This document shows, piece after piece, positions 42,872-51,886 of a stretch of DNA of 64,000 bases. The translations under genes were made by a program, and so were the position numbers. The notes beneath the pieces are model-generated. The model ran no database searches and was not told the DNA's origin. It saw nothing but the letters and a program-made list of their open reading frames with translations. Location: contig JAZRZY010000158.1 in the NCBI GenBank assembly GCA_045601605.1, forward strand, positions 9,079 through 73,078, read 5' to 3'. How positions within the stretch are numbered: position 1 is the first letter of the stretch; each line of letters starts with the position of its first letter. This stretch comes from Eubacteriales bacterium. GTDB lineage: Bacteria; Bacillota; Clostridia; Oscillospirales; SIG627.

Positions 42872-43501
42872 ATGAAAAATGTTACTGTTTTTGACCATCC
42901 GTTGATTCAGCATAAGATCTCAATTTTGCGCGACAAGAACACGGGTACCAATCAGTTCCGCGAGTTGATCGAGGAGATCACCGTTTTGATGGGGTATGAG
43001 GTTCTGCGCGATCTTCCGCTGAGCGACGTTCCCGTCAGCACCCCTATGGGAGAGACCATTGGCAAGGAAATTGCCGGAAAGAAATTGGCAATCGTTCCGA
43101 TTTTGCGTGCCGGCCTCGGTATGGTCGGCGGTATGACGACTCTCGTGCCCTCTGCTCGCGTCGGTCATATCGGCCTTTATCGTGACCATGAAACCTTAGA
43201 ACCTCACGAATATTACTGCAAGCTCCCTCCGATGCTTGAGGAGCGCTTGATCATTCTTTTGGATCCGATGCTTGCAACCGGCGGAAGCGCTGCGGCTGCT
43301 GTCAGTTTTATCAAGCAGCACGGCGGAAAGAATATTAAGTTTATGTCGATCATTGCCGCGCCCGAAGGGATCGAACGCCTTGCGAGCGAGCATCCAGACG
43401 TTGAGATCTACTGTGGTTGCAAGGATGAAAAACTCAATGAGATCGGTTACATTGTTCCGGGCCTCGGCGATGCCGGTGACCGCATTTTCGGCACCAAGTA
43501 A
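42872..43501 (+). CDS. upp: Uracil phosphoribosyltransferase
   Basis: 209 aa containing [19 protein letters not shown] and [12 protein letters not shown]. Confidence 0.92.
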   Translation: MKNVTVFDHPLIQHKISILRDKNTGTNQFRELIEEITVLMGYEVLRDLPLSDVPVSTPMGETIGKEIAGKKLAIVPILRAGLGMVGGMTTLVPSARVGHIGLYRDHETLEPHEYYCKLPPMLEERLIILLDPMLATGGSAAAAVSFIKQHGGKNIKFMSIIAAPEGIERLASEHPDVEIYCGCKDEKLNEIGYIVPGLGDAGDRIFGTK

Positions 43502-43511
43502 GAAAACTTCA

Positions 43512-43540
43512 GCCCCCGAAATTCGGGGGCTTTCTTTTTT
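43512..43540 (+). terminator. upp terminator
   Basis: Stem GCCCCCGAA/TTCGGGGGC followed by TTTCTTTTTT. Confidence 0.75.
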
Positions 43541-43585
43541 GTGAAGCAAAGCCCGCCCGCAACATTTGCGGGAGGGCTTGGTTTA

Positions 43586-44749
43586 TCAAACGGCGTTTCC
43601 GTCGATCCAAACGCTTTTTACGGTTGTAAAGAAGTCAAAGGGATCTCCGGAATATAGCGCAAAGTCGGCATCCATACCGACTTGTAAGGAGCCGATTTGT
43701 TTTTCCAGACCGAGTAGTTTGGCAGGCGTTGAAGTGACGGCGGCAAGAGCTTCGCCGCGGCTCATCCCTGCCTTGTGTGCAAGCGCGGCAGAGAGCAGGA
43801 GATATTGTTGGGGCAGCTCCGGATGGTCGGTAATGATGGCAACGGAGATGCCCTTTTCGCGGAGGATTGCCGCATTTCGATCGGTTTCGTTTGCGAGCTC
43901 CGGCTTGGATCGAGAGAGGAAAAAAGGACCGAGAAAAGCGGGAACCTGTGCTTTTGCAATCACTTCGGATACCAGATGCCCCTCCGTGCAATGAACCAAG
44001 CGGCAATCGAGATTAAATTCCTTTGCAATGCGGAGTGCGGTGCAGATGTCGTCAGCGCGATGGGCGTGGAAATGTGCTTGTGTCTGGCGCTTTAACACAG
44101 GCAACAGCGCCTCGCATTTTGCGTCATACTCCGGCGGGGAATTCTCTTCCGGATCGGCTTCATATTCAGACAGGTCGTCCAAATAGCGTTTTGCTTTGTA
44201 AAGCGCCTCGCGGATCAAAGCGGCAGAGGCCATACGCGTTTCGGGACCTCCGTTTTTTTGGTGATAACAGCTTTTGGGATTCTCACCAAGTGCAAATTTC
44301 ATGGCAAGGGATTCTTTTACCAGCATCTCGTCGGCGCAGATTCCGCTTGTCTTGACAGCGGAAAGCGTGCCGCCGATGGTGTTGGCACTGCCCGGGCCGG
44401 TGAGCACGGTAGTTACACCGGCTTGCCGAGCTTCCTTGAAACCGCGGTCGAAGGGGTGGATTGCATCCAGAGCGCGCATTTGGGGTGTGACGGGGTCTGA
44501 ATCCTCGTTGACGTCGTCGCCTTCGAATCCGAGCGAATCCCCGATCATACCGAGGTGGCTGTGTGCATCGATGAGACCGGGTAACAAAACGGCGCCTTCA
44601 GCGTCGATTGCTCCGTCTTCCATTGCATCGGGGCTTCCTTTTCCGAGGGCGGTGATCGTTTTGCCGTTCCAGGAAATCCAACCGTTAAAATGATAGTCGG
44701 GTTCGTCGGCGCGATCCATGGGATAAATGTTAGCGTTGTAGATCTGCAT
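43586..44749 (-). CDS. Amidohydrolase-superfamily metal-dependent hydrolase
   Basis: 387 aa containing PGLIDAHSHLG, HFHAHR and a late DADF block. Confidence 0.7.
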   Translation of the reverse strand: MQIYNANIYPMDRADEPDYHFNGWISWNGKTITALGKGSPDAMEDGAIDAEGAVLLPGLIDAHSHLGMIGDSLGFEGDDVNEDSDPVTPQMRALDAIHPFDRGFKEARQAGVTTVLTGPGSANTIGGTLSAVKTSGICADEMLVKESLAMKFALGENPKSCYHQKNGGPETRMASAALIREALYKAKRYLDDLSEYEADPEENSPPEYDAKCEALLPVLKRQTQAHFHAHRADDICTALRIAKEFNLDCRLVHCTEGHLVSEVIAKAQVPAFLGPFFLSRSKPELANETDRNAAILREKGISVAIITDHPELPQQYLLLSAALAHKAGMSRGEALAAVTSTPAKLLGLEKQIGSLQVGMDADFALYSGDPFDFFTTVKSVWIDGNAV

Positions 44750-44772
44750 AGAAGTTCCTTGATAAAATTTGT

Positions 44773-45051
44773 TTAGTTCGGTGAATCACTTTCAAAGATG
44801 ATGTCGCCGGGATTGCACAGGCCGAGTTCCTCGCGTGCAATGCGGCGGATGGTTTCTTCCGAGTAAGGTGCATCCAGCTCTTCTTTGACCTTGGCAACGG
44901 CATCTTGCTGTTTCACAAGCTCTGCGGCCACTTCGTCATACTCTTCCCGCAGGTCATTGATTTGCATATTCACCTGAATCATCACGACGAATAAAAAGAA
45001 TAAGATGGCCAAAACGGCAAGACGAGCAAAAAAACCGAGTTTACCAGCCAT
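44773..45051 (-). CDS. divIC: Septum formation initiator (FtsB/DivIC family)
   Basis: 92 aa with an N-terminal TM helix, coiled coil and IARE-ELGL block, downstream of yabQ as in Bacillus. Confidence 0.7.
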   Translation of the reverse strand: MAGKLGFFARLAVLAILFFLFVVMIQVNMQINDLREEYDEVAAELVKQQDAVAKVKEELDAPYSEETIRRIAREELGLCNPGDIIFESDSPN

Positions 45052-45064
45052 TTTGAAGTTCCTT

Positions 45065-45562
45065 TCATTTCAGCGTTTTTGTGAGTTTCAGGATGCGGCG
45101 CTTTGTTTTTCGATGATAGCGAAGCAGTTTTGCGCGCCGTTGTTGATCCAATTCCTTTTCAAAATGTTGCAACACGCGCGATAAGCATATGCTAAACGAT
45201 CGTGCAATCGGTGCAACGAGGGTGTGATATATTTTGGAAAACAAGCGTTTACAAGCACCGACAACGTGCTCTGTGAGCTTGTGCAACCATTTTCCGAGAG
45301 AGAAAAAATATGCCAGTGTGCCGAGGAGACACCCGACGAGCGTAAACCAGCGAATCACGCCCTCTGCATACACATAGCATAACAGAATTATGAAAAACGT
45401 GCAAGTCATACAGAAGAAAAAATCTTCAATTGCAATCAGCCAAGCGCGGTGAAAAAAGCAAAGTCGCAAAAAACGCAGGATCTCATATAAAAGCCCCAAA
45501 CAAAAGCCGAGGATGATTGCATATAAAAAAGTGAGACATTGCTCAGAAATCTGGATCCCCAT
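45065..45562 (-). CDS. yabQ: Spore cortex biosynthesis protein YabQ
   Basis: 165 aa membrane protein (FLYAIILGFCLGLLYE...EDFFFC), directly after yabP. Confidence 0.7.
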   Translation of the reverse strand: MGIQISEQCLTFLYAIILGFCLGLLYEILRFLRLCFFHRAWLIAIEDFFFCMTCTFFIILLCYVYAEGVIRWFTLVGCLLGTLAYFFSLGKWLHKLTEHVVGACKRLFSKIYHTLVAPIARSFSICLSRVLQHFEKELDQQRRAKLLRYHRKTKRRILKLTKTLK

Positions 45563-45565
45563 GCG

Positions 45566-45835
45566 TCAAGAGAAGAAACGAGAGAAAAAACCTTTTGCGC
45601 GCTTTTGCGGGCGGGGCGTATCCTTCATAACGGAATCGATCATTCCTGTGATTGTGATTTCGCGCTTTTCTCGCGAAAAGGACTCGATCTTTAGATTTTG
45701 CCCTCCGATGAGCAACGTTTCGTCACCCAGAGAGAGTTCGATCAATTGTTCGTCAAATCCGGTGACTTCTTCGGCGCCGCTTAACAGCAAATGAGAAAAA
45801 TTATCCAGTTTGAGTGACTTTGACGTGTGTTCCAT
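45566..45835 (-). CDS. yabP: Sporulation protein YabP
   Basis: Start is ATG 45835, 6 nt after GGAGG. Sequence reads KLDNFSHLLLSGAEEVTGFDEQLIEL...GQNLKIESF. Confidence 0.75.
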   Translation of the reverse strand: MEHTSKSLKLDNFSHLLLSGAEEVTGFDEQLIELSLGDETLLIGGQNLKIESFSREKREITITGMIDSVMKDTPRPQKRAKGFFSRFFS

Positions 45836-45886
45836 AACAGACCTCCGCATAACTCTTATGGAAAAGATATGTGGAGAATCTGTGAA

Positions 45887-46132
45887 TTATGAGGGGAGTA
45901 CCTCGTAGAGAGACTGTGCATCTTCTTTTCGTACAGTTTCCCGAATGTCGAGCACACGGATGATGAGGGGATTTGCTCCGAAGCGTAGTTCAATGGTATC
46001 ACCGACTTTTACTCGGGCGCCGGGTTTTGCCTCGCGTCCGTTTAAAAGAACGCGCGCTGTGTCACATGCTTCTGCCGCGACTCCGCGTCTTTTAATGAGG
46101 CGGGATACTTTTAAAAATTTATCGATTCTCAT
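45887..46132 (-). CDS. yabO: S4-domain RNA-binding protein (YabO-like)
   Basis: 81 aa; MRIDKFLKVSRLIKRRGVAAEA...VLLNGREAKPG. Confidence 0.7.
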   Translation of the reverse strand: MRIDKFLKVSRLIKRRGVAAEACDTARVLLNGREAKPGARVKVGDTIELRFGANPLIIRVLDIRETVRKEDAQSLYEVLPS

Positions 46133-46199
46133 AACTTTAAGATCTTATAACAGTAAAAACGATGCCGGCAGTTTGCCGGCATCGTTTCGACATTCCTTT

Positions 46200-46475
46200 T
46201 TACTTGTTGAGCTCTCTCTTGAGGGCCTTGCTGGGAACGAAGCCAGCGCAACGATAGGCAGGAATCTGCATCTGGGAACCATCGCGGGGGTTGCGGCCCA
46301 TACGGGCGGCGCGAGCGCGAACTTCAAAGCTGCCAAAACCGGAAACCTGAACCTTGTCGCCTGCGGCGAGGGCGGCGGTGATGGCTTCAAAAACGGCGGC
46401 GACAGCCGCGTCTGCATCTTTCTTCTTGAGGTCGGCCTTTGCGGCGACTGCTTCGACGAGTTGAGACTTGTTCAT
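46200..46475 (-). CDS. hup: HU-family DNA-binding protein
   Basis: Start is ATG 46475 (MNKSQLVEAVA...). Contains GFGSFEVRARAARMGRNPRDG. The track ORF is 16 codons longer. Confidence 0.85.
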   Translation of the reverse strand: MNKSQLVEAVAAKADLKKKDADAAVAAVFEAITAALAAGDKVQVSGFGSFEVRARAARMGRNPRDGSQMQIPAYRCAGFVPSKALKRELNK

Positions 46476-46632
46476 AATAATTCTCCTTGTCTTTTCGTTG
46501 ATGTTAACGGGTCTTTTGACCATAAAAATTATATCATTAGTTTAGTAAAAATGCAAGATATTATGCAGAGTTTTGGCGTTTTACCAAAAAACGGGAGTAA
46601 AAATTCTGCAAAAGTGCCCTATATTTTGTGCA

Positions 46633-47283
46633 TTATGCACGATTGAGATACAAGTTATTGTAATGAGTCAGCGCTTCTTCGGCATCGATGCCCATTTCCT
46701 TTGCTTCGAGGGCAATTTCAAAAATTGCCTTACCTATGCGCTCTTTTTCGTCTTTGGGCTCCGGCATGAATGCGGCGGGATCAGCGGATGCCTTTTTGGT
46801 GCGACTCACAAGCTTTTGTGCCCTCATCAGAGCGGGGAGCGCAAGCGCTATGCCGTCGAGTGTGTCGCGCAGGCTCTCCATACCTTTGGTTTGGTTTTTG
46901 ATCGTTTCCCAGTTTTTCAAAACCTCATCCGCGTTTTCTACTTCAACGTTTCCGAAAACGTGGGGGTGTCGCACAATGAGTTTTCGGCATACGCCGTCAA
47001 GTACCTCCTGAAGTGTATAGGCATTGCGATCTTCCGCAATTTGCGCGTGGAAGATGACCTGCATCAAAAGATCGCCGAGTTCTTCGCAGAGCCCTTCGTC
47101 ATCTTGGTGGTCAATGGCATCGCAAGCCTCGTATGCTTCTTCGATCATATTTTGTCGAATGCTTGTGTGCGTCTGCTCGCGATCCCAAGGACACCCCTCG
47201 GGAGAGCGCAAGATGAGCATCAAGTCGTATAGATCCGAAAAAGAATAGTGTTCTTTGGATTTGATTTGATCTTTGGTTTGCAT
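46633..47283 (-). CDS. mazG: MazG-family nucleoside triphosphate pyrophosphohydrolase
   Basis: 216 aa containing CPWDREQTH and EEAYE...ELGDLL blocks. Confidence 0.8.
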   Translation of the reverse strand: MQTKDQIKSKEHYSFSDLYDLMLILRSPEGCPWDREQTHTSIRQNMIEEAYEACDAIDHQDDEGLCEELGDLLMQVIFHAQIAEDRNAYTLQEVLDGVCRKLIVRHPHVFGNVEVENADEVLKNWETIKNQTKGMESLRDTLDGIALALPALMRAQKLVSRTKKASADPAAFMPEPKDEKERIGKAIFEIALEAKEMGIDAEEALTHYNNLYLNRA

Positions 47284-47285
47284 GT

Positions 47286-48662
47286 TTATTTTGTTCCTTT
47301 GATGATGGTTGTGACTTCGTAAACGGAGCGAACGCCGATGAGTTCAACGTTGTTCGGCTTGTGCTTGAGAGCGGTGAGATTTCGGTAAGGAAGCACGATG
47401 CGCTCAAAGCCGAGACGGACGGCTTCGCGTACGCGCGGCTCTACGGCCCCGATGGTGCGGCACTCACCCGAGAGACCTACTTCGCCCAAGAACAGTGTAT
47501 CGCCGCTGAGGGGGATGGATTGAACACTCGAGTAGAGTGCGGCAATGATGCCAAGAACGGTCGAGGTTTCGTCAAAACGCAGACCGCCGATGACGTTGAG
47601 ATATACGTCTTTGTCGTGGAATGCGATCCCGAGCCTTTGCTCCAATACGGCAAGCAGTAGAAACATACGGTTGTAATCAACGCCGTTTGCCAACCGTTTC
47701 GGCGCAGCAAAGGGGCTCTTGGCGGTTAAAGCTTGGATTTCCGCAAGGATGGGGCGGGTGCCCTCCATCAGACAAACGCGGGAACTTCCGGCAACGTCGC
47801 TCGGGCTGTCTGCCATCAGGCGTTTGCTCGGGTCGGGAACTTCCGTGAGCCCTTCGTCCGTCATATCAAAGAGCCCGATTTCGCTGGTTGCACCATAGCG
47901 GTTTTTGATCGTTCGGATGATGCGGCAGGACTGCGAACGATCGCCTTCGAAATATAAGACGACGTCCACCATATGTTCGAGCAGCTTGGGGCCCGCAATG
48001 ACGCCGTCTTTGTTGACGTGTCCCACCATGATCGTAGCAAATCCGGACTGCTTTGTCAGTTTGATGATCTCGCCGGCACATTGCTTTACCTGCGCGGCGC
48101 TTCCGGGAGAGGAGGAGAGAGCGCTGTCGCAAAGCGTTTGTACGGAATCGATGAGCACAAGCTGATAATCGCCGTTTGCCGCTTCATATAAAACCTTTTC
48201 GAGATCCGTTTCACAGAACAAGAAGAGATTCTCGCCGCTTACTTTGAGACGTTCTGCACGCTGTGAAATCTGCTTCGCGCTTTCTTCGCCGGATACGTAT
48301 AAGATCTTCCAGTCGCTCAGTGCTTCGCAAAGCTGTAAAAGAAGCGTAGATTTCCCGATGCCGGGCTCTCCCGAAAGGAGTGAAACGCTTCCTTGGACAA
48401 TGCCGCCGCCGAGTGCGCGGTCAAACTCGGAAATGTTGGTTTTGCGGCGGAAAAAGTCGTCGCGCGAGGAAGAGGCCTCCTTCAATGCGATCGCTTTTGC
48501 GCTTTGCGTGTTTGCGCGAACGGGGGATTTGCTCGGGGCGATCCCGCGCACTTCTTCCGTCAGCGTATTCCAGTTTCCGCATTCGCGGCACTTGCCGCTC
48601 CAGTTGTCGAAAACGGTGCCGCACTCACTGCAGACAAAGACAATTTGAGAAGTTTTGGCCAT
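47286..48662 (-). CDS. radA: DNA repair protein RadA
   Basis: True start is ATG 48662 (MAKTSQIVFVCSECG...CRECG zinc finger). Walker A is GEPGIGKST, followed by KNRYGATSE and a Lon-like C-domain. The track ORF is 44 codons longer. Confidence 0.9.
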   Translation of the reverse strand: MAKTSQIVFVCSECGTVFDNWSGKCRECGNWNTLTEEVRGIAPSKSPVRANTQSAKAIALKEASSSRDDFFRRKTNISEFDRALGGGIVQGSVSLLSGEPGIGKSTLLLQLCEALSDWKILYVSGEESAKQISQRAERLKVSGENLFLFCETDLEKVLYEAANGDYQLVLIDSVQTLCDSALSSSPGSAAQVKQCAGEIIKLTKQSGFATIMVGHVNKDGVIAGPKLLEHMVDVVLYFEGDRSQSCRIIRTIKNRYGATSEIGLFDMTDEGLTEVPDPSKRLMADSPSDVAGSSRVCLMEGTRPILAEIQALTAKSPFAAPKRLANGVDYNRMFLLLAVLEQRLGIAFHDKDVYLNVIGGLRFDETSTVLGIIAALYSSVQSIPLSGDTLFLGEVGLSGECRTIGAVEPRVREAVRLGFERIVLPYRNLTALKHKPNNVELIGVRSVYEVTTIIKGTK

Positions 48663-48679
48663 AGACGTCCTTTCTGAAA

Positions 48680-49435
48680 TTAAGAGGAAAAAAGATGGTC
48701 GATGATCGCTTGTGCGATGCAAAAGGCGAGTTTGTTTTGATAGTCCACTTCGCAGAGGAGCTTGGTATCTTCGGCATTGGATAGAAAACCGCATTCCAAA
48801 AGTGCGGCAGGCATTTTTAGGTTCGTAAGAAGGAAAAGGAGCTCGGTGTTTTTTGCACTTCGCCGGTTATCCGTCTGTACCAAGGTGCAAATCGCAGATT
48901 GGAGCGTTTTTGCAAACCATTCGTTTTCGCTGTTCTGATTGCTGTAAAACACCTGTGCGCCGCGACAGGAGGCGGAAGGAAATGCATTCATATGAATGGA
49001 CAGAAACAGATCGGCATTCGCATCCTCGGCAATTTTTGCGCGGGACAGGATTTCCCCGCGCTTTTTCGAGGTGTTGTCAATCAGGTTCGGGAGCGTGTCG
49101 TCGTATCTGGTGTATATGACGTCAACGTTGTAAAAGGAGAGAAAGACACCGATTTTTTGAGCAATGGCTAAATTGAGATCTTTTTCTAAAATGCCGTCTG
49201 CACTTTGTGCCCCTGAATCGTGTGCGCCGTGGCCTGCGTCCAGAACCACGACCTTTTGCACTTGATAATCAAATTCGCTCAGCACAACGGCGGCACGGTA
49301 GGGGAGTTCGTTTGACGAATGAAATATGTTCGTACAAACGTAGAGAAAAAGAATGGAAAAAATCAAAAACAGGAGCAAAGCCAGCGTGATGCCGACGCGA
49401 AAAGGGATTTCTTGGTATCGTTTCATTGTTTTCAC
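48680..49435 (-). CDS. cwlD: N-acetylmuramoyl-L-alanine amidase, CwlD-like (germination-specific)
   Basis: 251 aa with an N-terminal TM helix. Amidase_3 blocks are VVLDAGHGAHDSG, DLFLSIHMNA and GFLSN. Confidence 0.7.
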   Translation of the reverse strand: MKTMKRYQEIPFRVGITLALLLFLIFSILFLYVCTNIFHSSNELPYRAAVVLSEFDYQVQKVVVLDAGHGAHDSGAQSADGILEKDLNLAIAQKIGVFLSFYNVDVIYTRYDDTLPNLIDNTSKKRGEILSRAKIAEDANADLFLSIHMNAFPSASCRGAQVFYSNQNSENEWFAKTLQSAICTLVQTDNRRSAKNTELLFLLTNLKMPAALLECGFLSNAEDTKLLCEVDYQNKLAFCIAQAIIDHLFSS

Positions 49436-49473
49436 CTCAGACCACTGTATGAGCCGGAGATGAAATCAATGAA

Positions 49474-50136
49474 TCACTTTTTCATTGCGGGGCGATCTTC
49501 TTTTTTCTTTGGATTTGCTTGGAAGAGGTGATCGAGTTTCAACCAACCGAGAATGGTCTTATCTTTGAGCCCGAGCCAATAGGAGAACCAGCAAATGAAT
49601 GCTACGGGCAGAATCGTCAGCAAATAATAGGGGACGGAGGCGAGGATGTTGGCGCCGTTTTGCGCGACAACTTCGCCTCCCTTGGTCTCAACTTCAACCA
49701 ACGGGAAAAAGGAGTGAATGATTGCAATGTATTGTCCGTTGAACAGGAATTTTCCGATCGTATAGCAAAGGTAAGAAAAACCGGTTGAAATATCACCCGC
49801 ATTGGTGCCGGTGGAAATGATCGTCATCGGCCAAATAACAGGAACCAAATTTAAGAGAAACGCGGGGATGCCGGAGGCAAGTCCCACTAAAAGTCCGGTG
49901 ACGGGACCGATGTGCATTTGCAGGTCGGGGTGCTTCATGCTTTCTTTGCACGCGTGTTCCCAAACGGTGCGGTGCTGCAAGTAATAATAAATGCAAAGCG
50001 CAAGCGTCATTCCGATGATCAGCAGCACGGGGATGTCCGACAGGGTACCGTACAGCATCATGGACAGAAGGGAAATGATCATTTGGGTGCCGATCAATTT
50101 GAAGATCAAAGGCAGATAATACTTAAAAAAACGCAT
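49474..50136 (-). CDS. Hypothetical multi-pass membrane protein
   Basis: Start is probably ATG 50136 (MRFFKYYLPLIF). About 6 TM helices and no recognised motif. Confidence 0.45.
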   Translation of the reverse strand: MRFFKYYLPLIFKLIGTQMIISLLSMMLYGTLSDIPVLLIIGMTLALCIYYYLQHRTVWEHACKESMKHPDLQMHIGPVTGLLVGLASGIPAFLLNLVPVIWPMTIISTGTNAGDISTGFSYLCYTIGKFLFNGQYIAIIHSFFPLVEVETKGGEVVAQNGANILASVPYYLLTILPVAFICWFSYWLGLKDKTILGWLKLDHLFQANPKKKEDRPAMKK

Positions 50137-50213
50137 TTTACAGTTCCTTTTGGGTGGGGTGACTTGTTCTTTTACCATTGTACCTTTCTTTGCTGAAAAA
50201 GACAAGACTTTTC

Positions 50214-50242
50214 TTGCCTTTATAAGCGATTTATGGTATAAT
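50214..50242 (+). promoter_or_regulatory. Promoter of the recombinase gene
   Basis: TTGCCT (50214-50219), 17 nt, TATAAT (50237-50242), with an extended -10 TG. Confidence 0.5.
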
Positions 50243-50263
50243 TTTATATAGTTGGAGGATACT

Positions 50264-51247
50264 ATGATCGACTATTCATCGCTTTGTGAACCGTTTGCCG
50301 CATTTGCATCTTACAAAATGAATATCCAGAACGCCTCTGCTCTGACGGTTTATAACTACATCATTGACTTAAAGGGCTTTTTCCGTTGGTACCTTTCGAA
50401 AAAAGGGGACGAGCGCTCAACGGAGGAGTTGGGGTATCAGGACGTTGCGGCGGTGCGCCAAATTGATATTTATGAGTATCTGCTCTACGTGGCGTCTCAA
50501 AAGCAAAACGGCGCAAAGGCGCGCGCCAGAAAGCTTTGTGCTTTGCGCGTGTTTTATAAATATATGGTCAAGCATCACCCCGAGGTGACGGATAATCCCG
50601 CCAAAGAAATCGATTCACCCGCGGTCAAAGCGGCACTCCCGCGGTATTTGTCGTTGGAAGAGTCGAAACGCTTGCTTCGGACTGCTGCGGAAAACGGCGG
50701 GGAGAATCGTTTGCGTGACTACACGATTTTAACGCTTTTTTTAAATTGCGGAATGCGTCTTGCGGAACTCTGCGGCCTCTCTTTTTCCTCCCTTGCGGAT
50801 GATCTTTCTTGGATCCGCGTGCTTGGTAAGGGTTCCAAAGAACGAGTGCTTTACCTCAACGATGCCTGTCGCGCCGCGCTCTCGGAGTATCTTGTTCTTC
50901 GGCGCTCAATGAAAAGCCGCGATCAGGATGCTTTGTTTCTCAATCGGAGCGGGAATCGTTTGGGGCATCAAGGGGTGCAGCTCTTGGTACAAAAGTATCT
51001 CAACCTTGCCGGCTTGTCCGCGGGGCACTATTCAGTGCATAAATTGCGCCATACTGCAGCAACCTTGATGTACTCCACGGGAAACGTCGATGTGCGCGTG
51101 TTGAAGGATATTCTGGGACACGAGCAATTGAATACCACTCAGATCTATACGCATGTAAGCGATTCTCAGATGAGAGATGCCATGCAGTTCAATCCGCTTT
51201 CAGACCAAGGCGTTCGAAAGCCCAAGAAGAAGGACGAGGAAGAATAA
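50264..51247 (+). CDS. Tyrosine site-specific recombinase, XerC/XerD family
   Basis: Start is ATG 50264, 4 nt after GGAGGA. SAM-like N-domain is followed by catalytic residues in RLAEL, HKLRHTAAT and LGHEQLNTTQIYTH. Confidence 0.8.
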   Translation: MIDYSSLCEPFAAFASYKMNIQNASALTVYNYIIDLKGFFRWYLSKKGDERSTEELGYQDVAAVRQIDIYEYLLYVASQKQNGAKARARKLCALRVFYKYMVKHHPEVTDNPAKEIDSPAVKAALPRYLSLEESKRLLRTAAENGGENRLRDYTILTLFLNCGMRLAELCGLSFSSLADDLSWIRVLGKGSKERVLYLNDACRAALSEYLVLRRSMKSRDQDALFLNRSGNRLGHQGVQLLVQKYLNLAGLSAGHYSVHKLRHTAATLMYSTGNVDVRVLKDILGHEQLNTTQIYTHVSDSQMRDAMQFNPLSDQGVRKPKKKDEEE

Positions 51248-51248
51248 A

Positions 51249-51300
51249 AATAGCGCATACATAACTCTTTTGGAGGTTGTATGCGCTATTTTTTGGTTTT
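51249..51300 (+). terminator. Recombinase terminator hairpin that also contains the next ORF's RBS and ATG
   Basis: 13-bp stem AATAGCGCATACA/TGTATGCGCTATT (51249-51261/51278-51290), followed by TTTTGGTTTTT. The loop carries GGAGG (51272-51276) and the 3' arm carries ATG 51281. Confidence 0.6.
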
Positions 51301-51886
51301 TGAAACGGATGCGAAGCGCGAAGCGCGCCTGTTTTTTGCCTCTTCTGTTTCAGCGTTTGTCTTGAAACAGGTCTTTGATCTGTTCGTTCCGTTTTTGTCG
51401 CACCTAACGTTTCTATTGGATCTTTTGGGCTGCGCGCTTCTGTTTTGCGGGGCTCTTTTGTGGGATCGTACTCGATTGCGTCGCGTGGCAATCTTCAGCG
51501 TCGTAGCGTTTGTGCTTCGCTTGGCACTTGTTCTGTGGAACCCGCGCGGGCTGTTCTCTTTTTTCACCCTGCTTCCGTTTTCTTTTTTGGTGTTGCTTTG
51601 TGAGATTTGGGTGGCAGAGACATACGGCGCTTTTCTCGCCTTTTGTGCGCGGCAGGGGCAAGCAGATACTCTTATGCGTGCCAAAAACGCTCTGCTTCGT
51701 TCGGAATTGACGTTTTGGGTGGCAACGCTCATTTCCTATTTATCCGGAGTCTTGGCATTTTCCGCGTTGCTTTTGTATTTCTGGGCGCTTGGCGTGCGCG
51801 CGTGGCTGTCATATTTGCTGTTTCGCAACCCTCAGTTTATCTCTTCGCGGAGCTTTTTTGAGCGCAGAAGAGTACATGCCCATTGA
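51281..51886 (+). CDS. Hypothetical membrane protein
   Basis: 201 aa with about 6 hydrophobic helices. It is the only long ORF in an otherwise empty 600-bp gap. Its 3' end overlaps the convergent spoVB by 55 nt. Confidence 0.45.
   Translation: MRYFLVFETDAKREARLFFASSVSAFVLKQVFDLFVPFLSHLTFLLDLLGCALLFCGALLWDRTRLRRVAIFSVVAFVLRLALVLWNPRGLFSFFTLLPFSFLVLLCEIWVAETYGAFLAFCARQGQADTLMRAKNALLRSELTFWVATLISYLSGVLAFSALLLYFWALGVRAWLSYLLFRNPQFISSRSFFERRRVHAH

Noticed and set aside
50264-51247. Tyrosine recombinase as a marker of an integrated mobile element or phage
   Set aside because: There are no flanking phage, conjugation or transposition genes, no direct repeats that I could see, and no adjacent tRNA. 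The neighbours are core sporulation and cell-wall genes. It is most simply a chromosomal Xer-type recombinase.
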